Positions 36,455 to 47,889 of a stretch of 64,000 bases of DNA are shown here, one piece after another. A program made the position numbers and the translations under genes. The notes beneath the pieces were generated by a model. The model had not been told where the DNA came from. It saw nothing but the letters and a program-made list of their open reading frames with translations, and ran no database searches. The DNA is from Scenedesmus sp. PABB004 (Eukaryota). The DNA lies in assembly GCA_014905635.1 (NCBI GenBank), contig JABVCE010000042.1:62001-126000 (forward strand). Reading direction: 5' to 3'. Each line of letters begins with the position of its first letter. Position 1 is the first letter of the stretch.

Positions 36455-37869
36455 TGTCGGCGCCGCAAGAGCAGGCGGTCGTGGTGGTGCCGCTGGTGCC
36501 GGGCCACGTGGAGCTGGAGCACGCGCCGGACCCGCAGCAGCTGGACGAGCAGGCGCGGGCGCGGCAGCAGCTGCAGGCGTCGCCGGCGCGCGCCGGGCGG
36601 GGCAGCGGCAGCAGCGGGCGCAGGCGCGGCGGGGCCGCGCAAGCCGAGGCGCAGGTGGGCCACCGTGGCGGGCGCTCCGCGCCGAGTGCTCGCTGGGGCC
36701 TGCGCCGCAGGGCTCCTCGCAGCGAGTGTGCATTGACCCGCGCCCCCCTCCGCACGCGCGCGCCGCCCGCGCCCGCAGACGTGGCTGCTGCTCGAGCTGT
36801 GCGACGGCGGCAGCCTGCTCGACCTGCTGCTGGAGGGCGCGCTGCTCAAGAGCGGCACCGTCAACATGGTGAGCCTCGCCTGCCGCGCGGAGCGGCGCTG
36901 CCGCTCGCCTGCGCCGCGCCGCGCCTGCGCCGCGCCGGCGGCGAGCCGGCCCCGCCGCGGCGCGCAGGCGCACGCGCTGACGCTGCTGGTGGACGTCGCG
37001 GCGGGCATGGCCTACCTCCACTCGCGCAACGTGCTGCACGGCGACCTCAAGCCCGGCAACATCATGCTCAAGCTGCAGCAGGGCGCGCCGTTTGGGCACT
37101 GCGCAAAGCTCACAGACTTTGGGTTTGCGGTGCGCGCGGCACGCCAGGGAGCAGACGGCAGCAGCAGCCGGGACGGCCGTCCCCGCGCAGCGCGGGCGCC
37201 GCGATGCCGCGCGCGCGCGCCGCCCGACGCCGCGCGCCGCGCCGCGGGGCGCCCGGCGCCGCGCCGCCGCAGCGCGCGCTCAAGGTGGGGCAGAGCCACC
37301 GCTCGACGCGGACGATGGGAACGGTCAACCACATGCCGCCGGAGCTGCTGCGCTCGGGGCGGCTCAGCCCGGCGGGGGACGTGTACGCGTTCGGTGCGCG
37401 CGCGGCGGCGGATGGCGGATGGCGGCGCGGCGTGCGGAGCCTGCGCGGGCGCGTGCGCGAGCGCGCCGCGCCCGCGTCCGCCCTTGCGCAGGCATCATCA
37501 TGTGGGAGGTGTTCACCGGCGCGGTCGCGTTTGCGGGGCTGCACTTTGGCGAGGTCTTTGAGCGCGTCGCCCTGCTGCAGGTGCGCGCGCACGCGCGGGG
37601 AGCCGCCCCCGGCCCCCCGGCGCCGCGGCTGCGCCGCCCATGCGCGCCGCGCCGCCCACGCGCGCCGCGCCGCCGTGTGCTCGCAGGAGCGGCCGCCCAT
37701 CCCGCCAGACATGCCGCCGGAGTACGCCGCGATCATGACCTGCGCGTGGGCGCCCGACCCGCTCGCGCGGCCGAGCTTCGAGGCGCTGCGCGGCATGCTG
37801 GCGGCCATGCTGGCGGCCGTGCGGCAGGAGGGCGCGCTCGCGGCGGAGCGGTTTGTGTCCGACCTGTGA
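33510..37869 (+). CDS. Single-pass receptor-like (TKL-group) Ser/Thr kinase
   Basis: Signal peptide, ectodomain, TM helix ALAVALALPLAAGAAAAGAGWALWRRRR, then LGVGSFARVYRG..VAVK, LHGDLKPGN, KLTDFG, GTVNHMPPE, DVYAFG. Confidence 0.88.
35768..35802 (+). repeat. (TTCAGGG)5 telomere-like tract in a kinase intron
   Basis: Five perfect copies directly visible. Confidence 0.95.
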
Positions 37870-38497
37870 GCGCGCCCTGGGGCCTGCGAGCGGATGGATC
37901 CGTGGGCGCCGCGGCCACGCGCGGCGCGGCGCGGCGCGGCCTCTGCGCAGCTGCGGGCGCGCCAGCGCCTGGCCGGTCTGGGGCCGGAGGGGCGAGGGAC
38001 GAGTGGAGGGAGGGAAGGGGTGCCCGTATCGCGCACTCACATCACTCTGATCAGTCAAGCTTGCCACGCACTCCCCGCTTCAACAAACACCACCTAAAAC
38101 TCGCCTCGTTGTGCTGCGCGCGTCGCGCTCGTTCTGTCCATTGGCCCTCCGCCGCTCGCCTGCTTGTCTTGCGGCCAGTCCGCCGCACGGCGCGGCTGTC
38201 GCCGCTGGCGCCGCTACCTAGCTCTGCTGTGCAGCACCGATTTGGTGTTGGTCACCACCAGGCGCACTGCTATGGAGGCAGGGGCAACGCCACGATTGCT
38301 CTCTGCGGTGCGGCGCGCCACCGGCGCACGCCCGGGCAGGGCGCGCGGCGCGTTGGTGCCGTCGTCGTCGACCTGCGATTGCAAACATCACTGTCGCCAC
38401 GCCCTCGTGCCGTCGCCGCCGTCGTGCGGACGTCCCATCCGCTGCACAGCCAAATAGCCCCCGTCGCAGCCCCCAGCATGCCAAGGTAGCCGCTCAG

Positions 38498-39077
38498 TCA
38501 GTACGAGCGCGGCCCGCGGGGGTTGCCGTCCCTGGCGCGCGCGGCGTCGGCGTCAGCGGCGGGCTGGGTGCCTCGGCTGCGTGCGGCCGAGCGCTGGGTG
38601 CGCCGCCGCACCTGATGCGCTTCGGGACGCCGCCGCTGGCCAGCCAGTCGGCGTACTGCTTGTGGGCGAATTCGCTTCGGTCGCCGTCGCAGTCAAACAT
38701 CCCGCCCTTGCACGCAAAGTCCATCGCCTCGTCGCGCCGGTCCAGCGAGCGCTTGGCCGCGGCGTTGAGGGGCGCGATGCTGATCGCGATGGGCGGCGCC
38801 GGCGCCTCCTTGCCCGCAGGCTCCGCGGCGGCCTGGGCGCGCGCGGCGAGGCCGAGCAGCGCGGCGCCTGCGGCGGGCGGGCGGTGCGGGCTCGTGCGCT
38901 GCCTGGCCACGAGCCCAGGCCAGCCGAGCGCCGCCAGGCCCAGCGCTGCCGGCACACACCCGCGGAGCCGAGCAGCAGCGCGCGCCGCCCGGTGCCGCCG
39001 CCGACGGCGGCACAGCGAACGCCGCCCCGCCGCGAGTCAGCTGCGACCCCGCTCGGACGCAGCGCGAGGCTCGCCAT
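38498..39077 (-). CDS. Small predicted plastid/thylakoid-lumen protein of unknown function (3 exons)
   Basis: Transit-like [14 protein letters not shown], twin-arginine-like [23 protein letters not shown], mature part [23 protein letters not shown] introns. Confidence 0.65.
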
Positions 39078-39515
39078 GACGCGGATGCTGCTGGCGGGGG
39101 AGATCAAGTCGTCACGCCGCAGCGGCGCGGGGCGCGCCGCTCGCTCGTGCTTCGCCCAGAGCAGCGCTGCGGGCGCAAAAGTGAGCGAGCGGCTGTGCGT
39201 CGCGCCGGACGCCTCGGCGGGAGGGCACTGCTGCGTCGCAGGGCGCGCCGCCGGGGTGCAGCGGCGCCTGTTCTGCACCTGCCCCTGGATTCACCCTGCA
39301 GCGGCCCAGTTCGGAACCCCTCGCCTCCTCCGCAGCTGCACATCACAGCACCGCACGGCACGCAGCGCTGCGCACGCGCTCTCCGCCGCCGCCGCTGCAG
39401 ACCGCCGCGCGCCGCTGCCGCCGCCGCCCGTCCGTCGTCGCGCACCGTGCCGTGCCGCGCGCATCCTGTGCTGCTGCCGCACCCGGTCGCTCTAGCTCCG
39501 CCTAGACGATCCGCG

Positions 39516-40666
39516 ATGCGGGTGTTCCTGGACATTGACATCGGCGACGCCGCTGCGCACGGCCGCGAGGCGGCGGCCCACGCGCGCGCGGTTGCGTTCC
39601 TTGCAGCGTGCGGGCCGCAGCTCGGCCTGCCGGCCGCGCTGGGCGAGCTGGACGAGGAGGCGCAGGGCCTGCTGCGGGAGGCGTACGCGGCCGACCCCAA
39701 GTGGAGCGCGCAGGGGCCGCTGCGCACGGACGCGCCGCCGCCGCTTCGCGCGGGCCGTGTCGTCGCCGAGCTGCTGTCCGCCGAGGTTCCAAAGACCGCC
39801 GAGAACTTCCGCTGCCTCTGCACCGGCGAGAAGGGCCTGGGCAAGGCCAGCAAGAAGCCGCTGCACCTCAAGGTGCGTGCGCCAGGCGCGCCGCGCAGGC
39901 GGCGGCGCGGCGCGCGCGGCGCCCCCGCCCAGCGCGCTGCCCCTGGGCGGCGGCGCGCCGCGGGGCGCAGGGCTCCAGCTTCCACCGCGCCTGCCCCGCG
40001 CAGGGCACCAGGTTTCATCGCATCGAGCCGGGCTTCTGCAGCCAGGGGGGCGACGTCGTGCGGGGTGCGGCGCCGGCGCTCTGGGCGGGCCCGCGCCGGC
40101 AGGGCGTGCCTTGCGCGCGCTGGGCCCGCCGGCCTACGGGGGCGCGCGCCGCCGCCGCCGCGCGCACGACGGCTCAGGCGACGGCTCCGGCGGCGACAGC
40201 ATCTACGGCGGCAAGTTCAACGACGAAAAGGCGGGGCTCAAGCTCAAGCACGACGCCGCGGGGCTGCTGTCCATGGCCAACGCCGGCAAGAACAGCAACA
40301 CCAGCCAGTTCTTTTTCACGCTCGGACCCGCGCCCCAGTGCGACGGTGCGCGGCCGGCGGCGCGTGGGGCCCCCGCCCCGCCGCGCCACCCGCCGCCCGC
40401 CGTCCGCGGACGCGGCGCCGCCGCCGACGGCCGCGCCCGCGGCGCGCAGGCAAGCACGTCGTATTTGGCCGGGTCGTCGAGGGGCTGGACGTGCTGCAGC
40501 GCATCAGTGAGCACCGGCGCGGGGCGCCGGGCCCGCGCGGCGGTGCTCGAGCCGCCGCCCACCCGCCCGCTCGCCCGCCGCCCGCGCGCCAGACGCCGAG
40601 GCGGCGGCGCCCAGCGGCGTGCCGCGCGTGGACGTGACGATTGCGGACTGCGGGCAGCTGCTCTGA
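39516..40666 (+). CDS. Cyclophilin-type peptidyl-prolyl isomerase with N-terminal insertion (5 exons)
   Basis: [77 protein letters not shown]. Confidence 0.94.
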
Positions 40667-40682
40667 CCCGGGCTGGCGCCGT

Positions 40683-41040
40683 CTGCGTGCTGCATCACTC
40701 GTCGGGCGCGACGTCGGAGCAGGTCGCGTTGCTCGGCCGCGGGTTGACCTTGAAGCCGCAGCGCTCGCACGTGCGCTCGCAGTAGCGGCCGGCGGTCATG
40801 AAGACCGCATCGCAGGCGCCAAAGGAGCGCTGGCGCCAGGCGCGGCGCGGCGCGGGCGCGGTGTGAGGGCGGCGGCCAGCAGCAGCCTGGCACGCACGCG
40901 GCGTGCGCGGCAGACCTGCTGGTCGCAGGTGAAGCGGTCGTCCGGCGCGACGTCGGTGCAGCCCGTGGCGTTGGCCTGGCTGGGGTTGACGTAGAAGCCC
41001 TCGGGCGAGCGCGCGCCGCCCTCGATCGGGCGCCGCGCGC
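40683..41040 (-). pseudogene. Inverted duplicated fragment (two exons plus intron) of the secreted Cys-repeat gene at 45936..47245
   Basis: 40698..41027 is the near-perfect reverse complement of 46121..46450; CGA to TGA stop at 40697-40695; small deletions at both ends. Confidence 0.9.
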
Positions 41041-41231
41041 CGCTGGCGGCGCCACAGCGCTGAAGCGCCCGACCAGGCCCTGCGCCGCGCGCCGCCGTGC
41101 GCCGCGGTCGGCCCGCCAGCGTTCCACGCCGCCGTCAGAGCGTCTGCCGCCCGCTCGCGCCCTCCCCGCCCGCGCTCGCGGAAGAGGGCTTGCCTCTCTT
41201 GCCTCGCTTGCTGCTGGCCCAGTCCTCCGCG

Positions 41232-43007
41232 ATGGGGCGCCGTGCGGCCTTGATCGCGCTGCTGGCGTGGGCGTTCCTGGTCGTGTGCGCCAGGGGCGGC
41301 AGCGTGCTGGTGCTGGAGCCGCGGCAGCGGTGGTTCCTGAGGCCCGCATCTGCAGCATCTGCCCTCTCGCCCAGCGCCTGCGCCGGCGTGGCAGCCGCCG
41401 CGGCGGGCCTGGTGCCGCCCTATGCGCTGATCAAGCACGACGCGGAGGCGGTGCGGCTGCGCAGCTCGCCGCGCGCCGCACCGCGCCGCGCAGCAGCAGC
41501 GCCGGCGCCGACTGCTCGCCGCCGCCGCCGCTCCGCGCAGGTGGAGGCCCTGGTGGCGCCCAGCGCGTTCGACAAGCCTAAGGCCCTCGTGCTGCTTAAC
41601 ATCGCGGGCCTGGCGCCGGGCGCAGGCAGCGTGGCGCAGCTCACGACGGCGCTGGCGGGCGACGGCGCCGCCGCGCTCGAGCTGTCGGTGGCCGAGGCGG
41701 GCGCGCCCGCGAGCGCGGGCGCGCTGCTGCAGGCTGCCGGCGACGTGGTGGCCGCCAACCCAGACGTGCCGGTCACACTCCTGGACCACGCCGCGCTGCA
41801 GGTGCGCTCGGGCGCCGTGCGCGGGCGCAGGCGACGCGGCAGGCGCGCGCCGCCGCTCACACCCCGCGCACGCGCAGGGCTGCGACCCCGCGAGCTGCAT
41901 GGCCGGCCACCTCGCTGCCGCGGCGCGCCACTGCGGCGGCGCGCTGCACCAGCCGTCCCAGCGCGACGGCGCGCAGGCCGGCGGCGGCCTCGCGGGCGCG
42001 CTGGAGCTGCCCGGGCTGGACACGCCGCTCGACCTCGCGCACCCGGCGGCCCGGCTGTTTGGGATGGAGCTCGCCGGCCTGCGCGGCTCACTCGCGGCGG
42101 CGGCGGAGCGCCTGCAGGCGGGCGCGGGCGCGGGCGCGGCGGAGGAGCGGGGCCTGCAGGTGTTTGAGAGCACCTTTGTGGGCCTGCAGGGCCTCGCGGG
42201 CCACCCCGAGGGCGCCGACGCGGTCGCGGCGGGCGAGGCGGCGCTGGTCGCGGGGCTCGGCGCGCTCGGGCAGGCGCTGCGCGAGGCGTTTGACGACAGC
42301 GTGGTCTTCCAGGCGCGCGCGCGCACACGCGCCGCACGCGCCGCCCGCGGACGCGCGCGCGCCCGCGCCTCGCCCGCGCGGCGCCGGCCGCGGGCGCCGT
42401 GCCGCCGCGCTGCTCAGCGCCGCCGCCGCGCCCGCACGGACGGACGCGCGCAGGTGTCGCTGCTCGGCGACGCGCCCGTGGCGTCGCACGAGGCGGCGCA
42501 CCTGCAGGCCTGGAAGGATGCCGCCCGGCGCAGCTTGCTCGCGCGCGCGGGTGTGCGCCGCCGCCGCCGCCGGCGCCGCGGCACACTGCGCCGGCGCGCC
42601 GCGCCGCCGCCGCCGCCGGCGCGAGCCCCCGCCCCGCCGCGCCGCGCAGGGCTGTCGCTGCGCGGCGGCGAGGACGCGGGCGCGGGCAAGGCGTTTGCAG
42701 GCAAGGCCACCGCGTACAGCGTGGCGCTCATCCTCATCTGGTTCACCTTTGCTGGCGTGTACTGCATGGTGCGGCCGCCGGCCGGCTGCCCGCGCGCACG
42801 CTGCTGCCCCGGCTCGCGCCGCGGGGGCGCCGGCGGCCCGGCAGCCCGGCGGCCGCCCCGCCGGCCCGCCGGCCCGCCGAGCGCGCCGCCGCCGCCCTGC
42901 CCGCGCGCGCCGCCGCGTGCCTGTCTGGTGGCGCGGCTGGCGCCTCACAGGTGACCATGAAGTTCAAGCAGGACAGCCTGCTGTACGGGCGGAGCAAGTC
43001 AGATTGA
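41232..43007 (+). CDS. Type I membrane protein resembling plant V-ATPase accessory / (pro)renin-receptor-like (ATP6AP2-type) proteins
   Basis: Signal peptide, luminal domain, RRSLLA processing-like site, TM AYSVALILIWFTFAGVYCM, tail MKFKQDSLLYGRSKSD. Confidence 0.7.
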
Positions 43008-43804
43008 ATCGCGGAGGCCGCGGGGGGCCTCGCGCCGCGCTTCGTCCCCATGTCGGGCCCCGCCGGCGGCGGCGGGCTCGGCGGGCTCGGCCTCGGCCGC
43101 GGGCTCGGCTCCAACGTCTTCGGCGGCAGCGCGCTGGAGCTGTCGGTGCTGGGCGGCGCGGGGCGGGCGAAGGAGGAGTGAGCGGGCGGCGGCGGGGGCG
43201 CGGGGCTCGCGCCGGCGGCGGCCGCCGCGCGCAGCGGCCGCCGCCGGCGCGGCGCGCGCGGCGCCACGCGCCGGTCGGCCGGGGCAGCGGCCGGCGGCGG
43301 CGCGCGCGGCGCGCGCGGCGCGCGCGGGCCCCTCGCGGCCATACGGGGGCGATGCGGGCTCGGCAGCCGCGGCTGGAGACGGCGTCGTCGCCCCGCGCGC
43401 CTCGGCGGCGTGTGCGGGGCGCAGCGGGTGCGCGGCGGGGTGCGGCGGGGCGGGTGCGATCGGGGTGAGAGGCAGGCGGTGGGACAAGGTATAGGGGGTC
43501 TGTCTGAAACTGCTTTGCTGTGCCCGGTGTGCGGGTGCGGCGCGCCGAACCCGGCGCGCGCGGGCTCAAACCGCCGCCGCCGCGCGACGGCGGGCTGTCC
43601 CCCTCAGCTCCCAGGTCCACCCCTCCACACACAGGCCGCCCCTCCCGCTCGCGCCCTCGCCCGACCGCCCGCGCTCGCCTCATCCCGCCTGCGTCGCGCA
43701 GCGCTCCCGGGCGGCCTCGCAGCTGCGCTCACGACGCCCTGGTCGTCTGATCAGCACATACAGCGCGCGGGCAGCCCTCGGGCGCGCGGGATCAGGGCGC
43801 CGCG

Positions 43805-45440
43805 ATGGCCGGCATCCTCAAGGACGCCAGCGGCCTGCTGGAGAAGCTCAAGGTGCGCAGCTTGCCGCCTGAGGGCTCCCCACGCCGCGGGACGCCGCGT
43901 GAGCGCCGCCCCGGCGCGCCGCAGACGGCGGTGAAGAAGAAGGACCAGGCAGCGGGCAAGGCGGCGCTCGGCGCGCTCAAGGTGCGCCGCCGCCGCCGCC
44001 GCCGCGTGCCCGCCGCCGCTGCTGCTCCCGCGGCCGCCCACCACCGCTGGGCCCAGCGGACCGGGCGCCGCGGGGACCGCGGGCCCCGGCCGGCGCAGCA
44101 GCGCCGCCGCGCAACCGCCGCGCGCAACCGCCGGCGGCGCCGCAGCTCAAGCTCATCCAGCTGCCGGCGGTGCCGCCCAACTCGGACCTGAGCAGCCCCA
44201 CAGCGCAGCAGGAGCTGCTGCTAGCGCGTGAGCGGCCCGCGCGGCCACGCGGGCTCGCGGCCGCGCCGCGCACGCCAGCGTCCCGGCCGCCGACCGCGCC
44301 ACGCCGCGCCGCGCTGCGCCGCAGGCGAGGTGTACGAGCAGGCCGTGCTGCTGGCGCTGGGAAGCCACAGCGAGGCGGCGCAGGAGAGCGCGTTCACGCA
44401 GCTCAAGACCTTCTACGACGACACGCGGTGCGCGCCGCGGCCCCGCCAGCGCGAGCGAGCGCAGCAGCGGCGGCGGCGGGCGCCGCCGCTCCACCCGCCG
44501 AGCCCCGCCGCCGCCGCCGCCGCCGCCGCAGGGCGGTGCTGCCGGCGTCGCCGCAGGAGTGGGTGTTTGCCGGGCTCAACCTGCTGCGCCTGCTCGTCGC
44601 CTCGCGCATCGCCGAGTTCCACACCGAGCTGGAGCTCATCCCGGATGAGGTGCGGCACACAGCGCGGCACACAGCGCGGCACAGCGCGGCGCGTGCCGCC
44701 CAGTGCGCGCGGCGGCGACGCCGCCGCCCGCACGCCGCGCCATCGCGCCCGCGCGCGCGCGCCACACGCGCGCCCGCCCGCGCCGCGCGGCGCCGGCGCA
44801 GGGCATGGCGGCGCCGGCGGTGGTGCGCGCGGTGCAGCTTGAGCAGTGGCTCATGGAGGGGGCGTACAACAAGGTGCTCGCCGCGGGCGCGGCGCTGCCG
44901 CCGGAGTGCGCCTTTGCCGTGGAGCAGCTCAGCGCGACCGTGCGGTGCGCCGTGGGGCCCTTGCACGCGCGCGCGCGGCCGCTGCGGCCGCGCCGACCCT
45001 CTGCCCCGGCGGCGCTCGCCGCGCGGCGCGGGCGCCCACGCCCACGCGCGTGCGCGTGTGCGCCTCTCCCGCAGGGGCGAGATCGCGAGCTGCAGCGAGG
45101 CCAGCTACGCCCAGCTGGGGCTGGGCGACGCGCAGAAGCTGCTCATGCTGGGCAGCCGCAAGGAGACCGAGGCGTACGCCGAGGAGGTGCGGCGCGCGCT
45201 GCGCAGCGCCGCGCCGCGCCTCGCCCGCCAGCCGCGCGCGCGCGCGACCCGCCCGCCCTGCTCGCCCCGCTCACGCCGCCGCGCCCGCCCCGCCGCGCCC
45301 GCCAGCACGGATGGGCGATCGCGGGCGACGTCGTGACCTTCCCGCGCGCGGCCGGCGGCGGCGACGGCGGCGCCGAGGCGCACCTGGGGCTCATCAACCA
45401 CGCGCTCGCCTACACCAAGGAGCTCGAGCGCATCGTGTGA
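43805..45440 (+). CDS. RPN12: 26S proteasome lid subunit RPN12/PSMD8
   Basis: ELLLAR|EVYEQAV, FTQLKTFYDD, GLNLLRLLVASRIAEFHTELELI, LEQWLMEGAYNKV, LAYTKELERIV. Confidence 0.96.
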
Positions 45441-45498
45441 CGGGGCGGCCACGGGCGCTTCGGGGCTCGCAGGGGGGCTGCGGGCGCGCGGGCGGGCG

Positions 45499-45503
45499 TG
45501 TAA
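45499..45503 (+). promoter_or_regulatory. TGTAA green-algal polyadenylation signal for RPN12
   Basis: TGTAA about 60 bp after the stop; rare in this GC-rich sequence. Confidence 0.55.
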
Positions 45504-45935
45504 CTGCCGCCGGGGTTTGGGCAGCCGCGGCGGCGCCGCGCCGCCGCTGGCCGCCTCGTCCGCGGGGCACGGCCGCACAGCGCACAGCCCCCGCCCGTCT
45601 GCACACCGCAGCCCGCCGTCCGAGCCACACGCCGCGCCGCGCTCCGCGCCCGCGCCCGCACCTGCCGCCGCCCGCCTCGCTAAGCTCGCGCCCAGGTGAG
45701 CCGGGGCTGCGCGGGGATGGCTGGGTCGCCGCCTCGCGAGTGATGCGCGCCTCTCCGGGCCTGCCTGGGCTCCTGGCGGGGCGGCAGCGCCTGCGGGGAG
45801 CGCTCTCCTCGGCCGTTGCGCGGCAGTCGCCGGCGGCCTCAGAGCAGCGCGGCAGGCCGCAAACGTGCCCGCAAAATCTCAACGCGTCCACCTCCGCCGC
45901 GCCACGCGCACGCTCGCGGCCGGCAGGTGCCTGCA

Positions 45936-47245
45936 ATGGGGCGCCGCCCCGCGCTCCTGCTGCTGGTGATGGCCTGTGTCTGCGCCGCCTCGCCCGGTGC
46001 GGCGCGGCACCCCCACGCGAGCCGCCCGCGCGCGCGTCGGGGCCGCGCCGCGATCGCGGCCGCGCCCCGCGCCCGCCGCGCAGGCGGCGCGAGCGCCGGC
46101 GCTGGCGCGCGGCGCCTCCTGATCGAGGGCGGCGCGCGCTCGCCCGAGGGCTTCTACGTCAACCCCAGCCAGGCCAACGCCACGGGCTGCACCGACGTCG
46201 CGCCGGACGACCGCTTCACCTGCGACCAGCAGGTCCGCCGCGCACGCCGCGTGCGTGCCAGGCTGCTGCTGGCCGCCGCCCTCACACCGCGCCCGCGCCC
46301 CGCCGCGCCTGGCGCCAGCGCTCCTTTGGCGCCTGCGATGCGGTCTTCATGACCGCCGGCCGCTACTGCGAGCGCACGTGCGAGCGCTGCGGCTTCAAGG
46401 TCAACCCGCGGCCGAGCAACGCGACCTGCTCCGACGTCGCGCCCGACGAGCGATACAACTGCACGCAGCAGGCGCGGCCGCGGCGCCGCGCTGCAGCCGT
46501 CGGCGCTGCACGGCTAGCTGCGGCAGCGCCGCCCAGCTGCAGGGCGCTGCCCGGCGCTGGCCGACGCTGCGCGGCGCGCCGCCCCGCCCCCGCCGCCCTG
46601 TGCCGCCCGCAGGCGAGCTGGGGCAAGTGTGCTGACGTCATCCTCATCTCCAACCACTACTGCGCGCGCACGTGCGGCTTCCGGCCGTGCCCGCCGCGCG
46701 CCAACGCGACGCGGCCGCGCGTCAACGCGACGCGGCCGCGCGTCAACGCGAGCCTGCCCCTGGTCAGCGAGGAGCTGTCCCCGGTCAATGAGACTCTGCC
46801 CATGGTCAATGAGACCCTGCCCATGGTCAACGAGACGCTGCCCCTCAACGCAACGGTCGGCGAGGGCGAGCCCAGCCCGTCGCTGGCGGCGCCCACGCCC
46901 GTGCTCGAGGCGCCGCTGCCCGCGCCGCTGCCCGCGCTTGCAGCCAACGAGACGGCCGGCGCCGGCAACGCGACCGCCGGCAACCTGACCGCCGGCGCGG
47001 GCAACCTGACCGCCGGCGCTGCCAACGTCACCGCCGGCGCGGCCAACGTCACCGCCGGCGCTGCCAGCAACGCCACATCGGCGCTGGCGGGCGAGGCGGC
47101 GCCAGCGCCGTCGCCGGTCGCCGCCGTGGCGACCACGCCACCGCTCGGCGCGTCCCTCGCGCCGCCCGCAGCGCCGGAGACGGCGCCGGCCGCGCCGCCG
47201 GCCGCGCTGCCTGCTGCGCCGAACGCAACCACCGCAGGCGCGTGA
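45936..47245 (+). CDS. Secreted glycoprotein with two algal Cys-rich repeats and a sequon-rich Ala/Pro/Thr tail
   Basis: Signal peptide; [31 protein letters not shown] and [32 protein letters not shown]; tail with repeated N-x-T. Confidence 0.8.
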
Positions 47246-47889
47246 GATGGGGCGGGTGGGGCACGTGGCTGCCGATGCCTGCCCCCCAGCGCCCGGGCCA
47301 CGCTGCTGGCGGGCCGTCGCGCGCGCGCTCGCGTGGCGCGCAGCGCGGCCCCAGAGGCTCATGCGCTGGGCCAGCAAGCTACGCCTGGGGGGCGGCGCGC
47401 GCGTGCTGTCGCGGGGCGGGGGAGCGTTGACCTGCGCCCTGGTCTGCGGCCCGCCTGGCGCGCGGCCCCGTGGCCGTTGCGGCGGCCGAACAAGTTGAGC
47501 CCGGCGCGGGCGGCGCGGCGGGTAACACGCCGCGCCGGGTGCTCGCAGCGCCGACCGCCACGGCGGCGTCATGCTCGCCAGCCCGTTACCGCCAGCGCTC
47601 ACGCCGCCGCACGAGCCGGCCGCCCAGGTTGCGCCCCCACACGCCCCCGCGTCACCGCCCACGCGTGTTCGTGCCCGCCGCGCGGGCGCGTTCGCTCAGG
47701 CCCACGTGCGGGCCGCCCACGCACAGGGTGGCAGCCCAAAAATCAGTGCTCGGTCGGTCGTGTCAGCGCTTCCGCGGGCTGGTCTGTCGGTCTGGTCGGT
47801 CGGTCGCCGCCGCGCGGTCAAGCTCGGATCGAAGCAATCGCGTCAGGAGGGCCACGCGCGGGCCACGCCAAGCTGTGGACGCGTCGCGC

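Noticed and set aside
41232..45990. Two nearby genes both start MGRR(A/P)AL
   Set aside because: Similarity is limited to a few codons of signal peptide in GC-rich DNA; probably chance.
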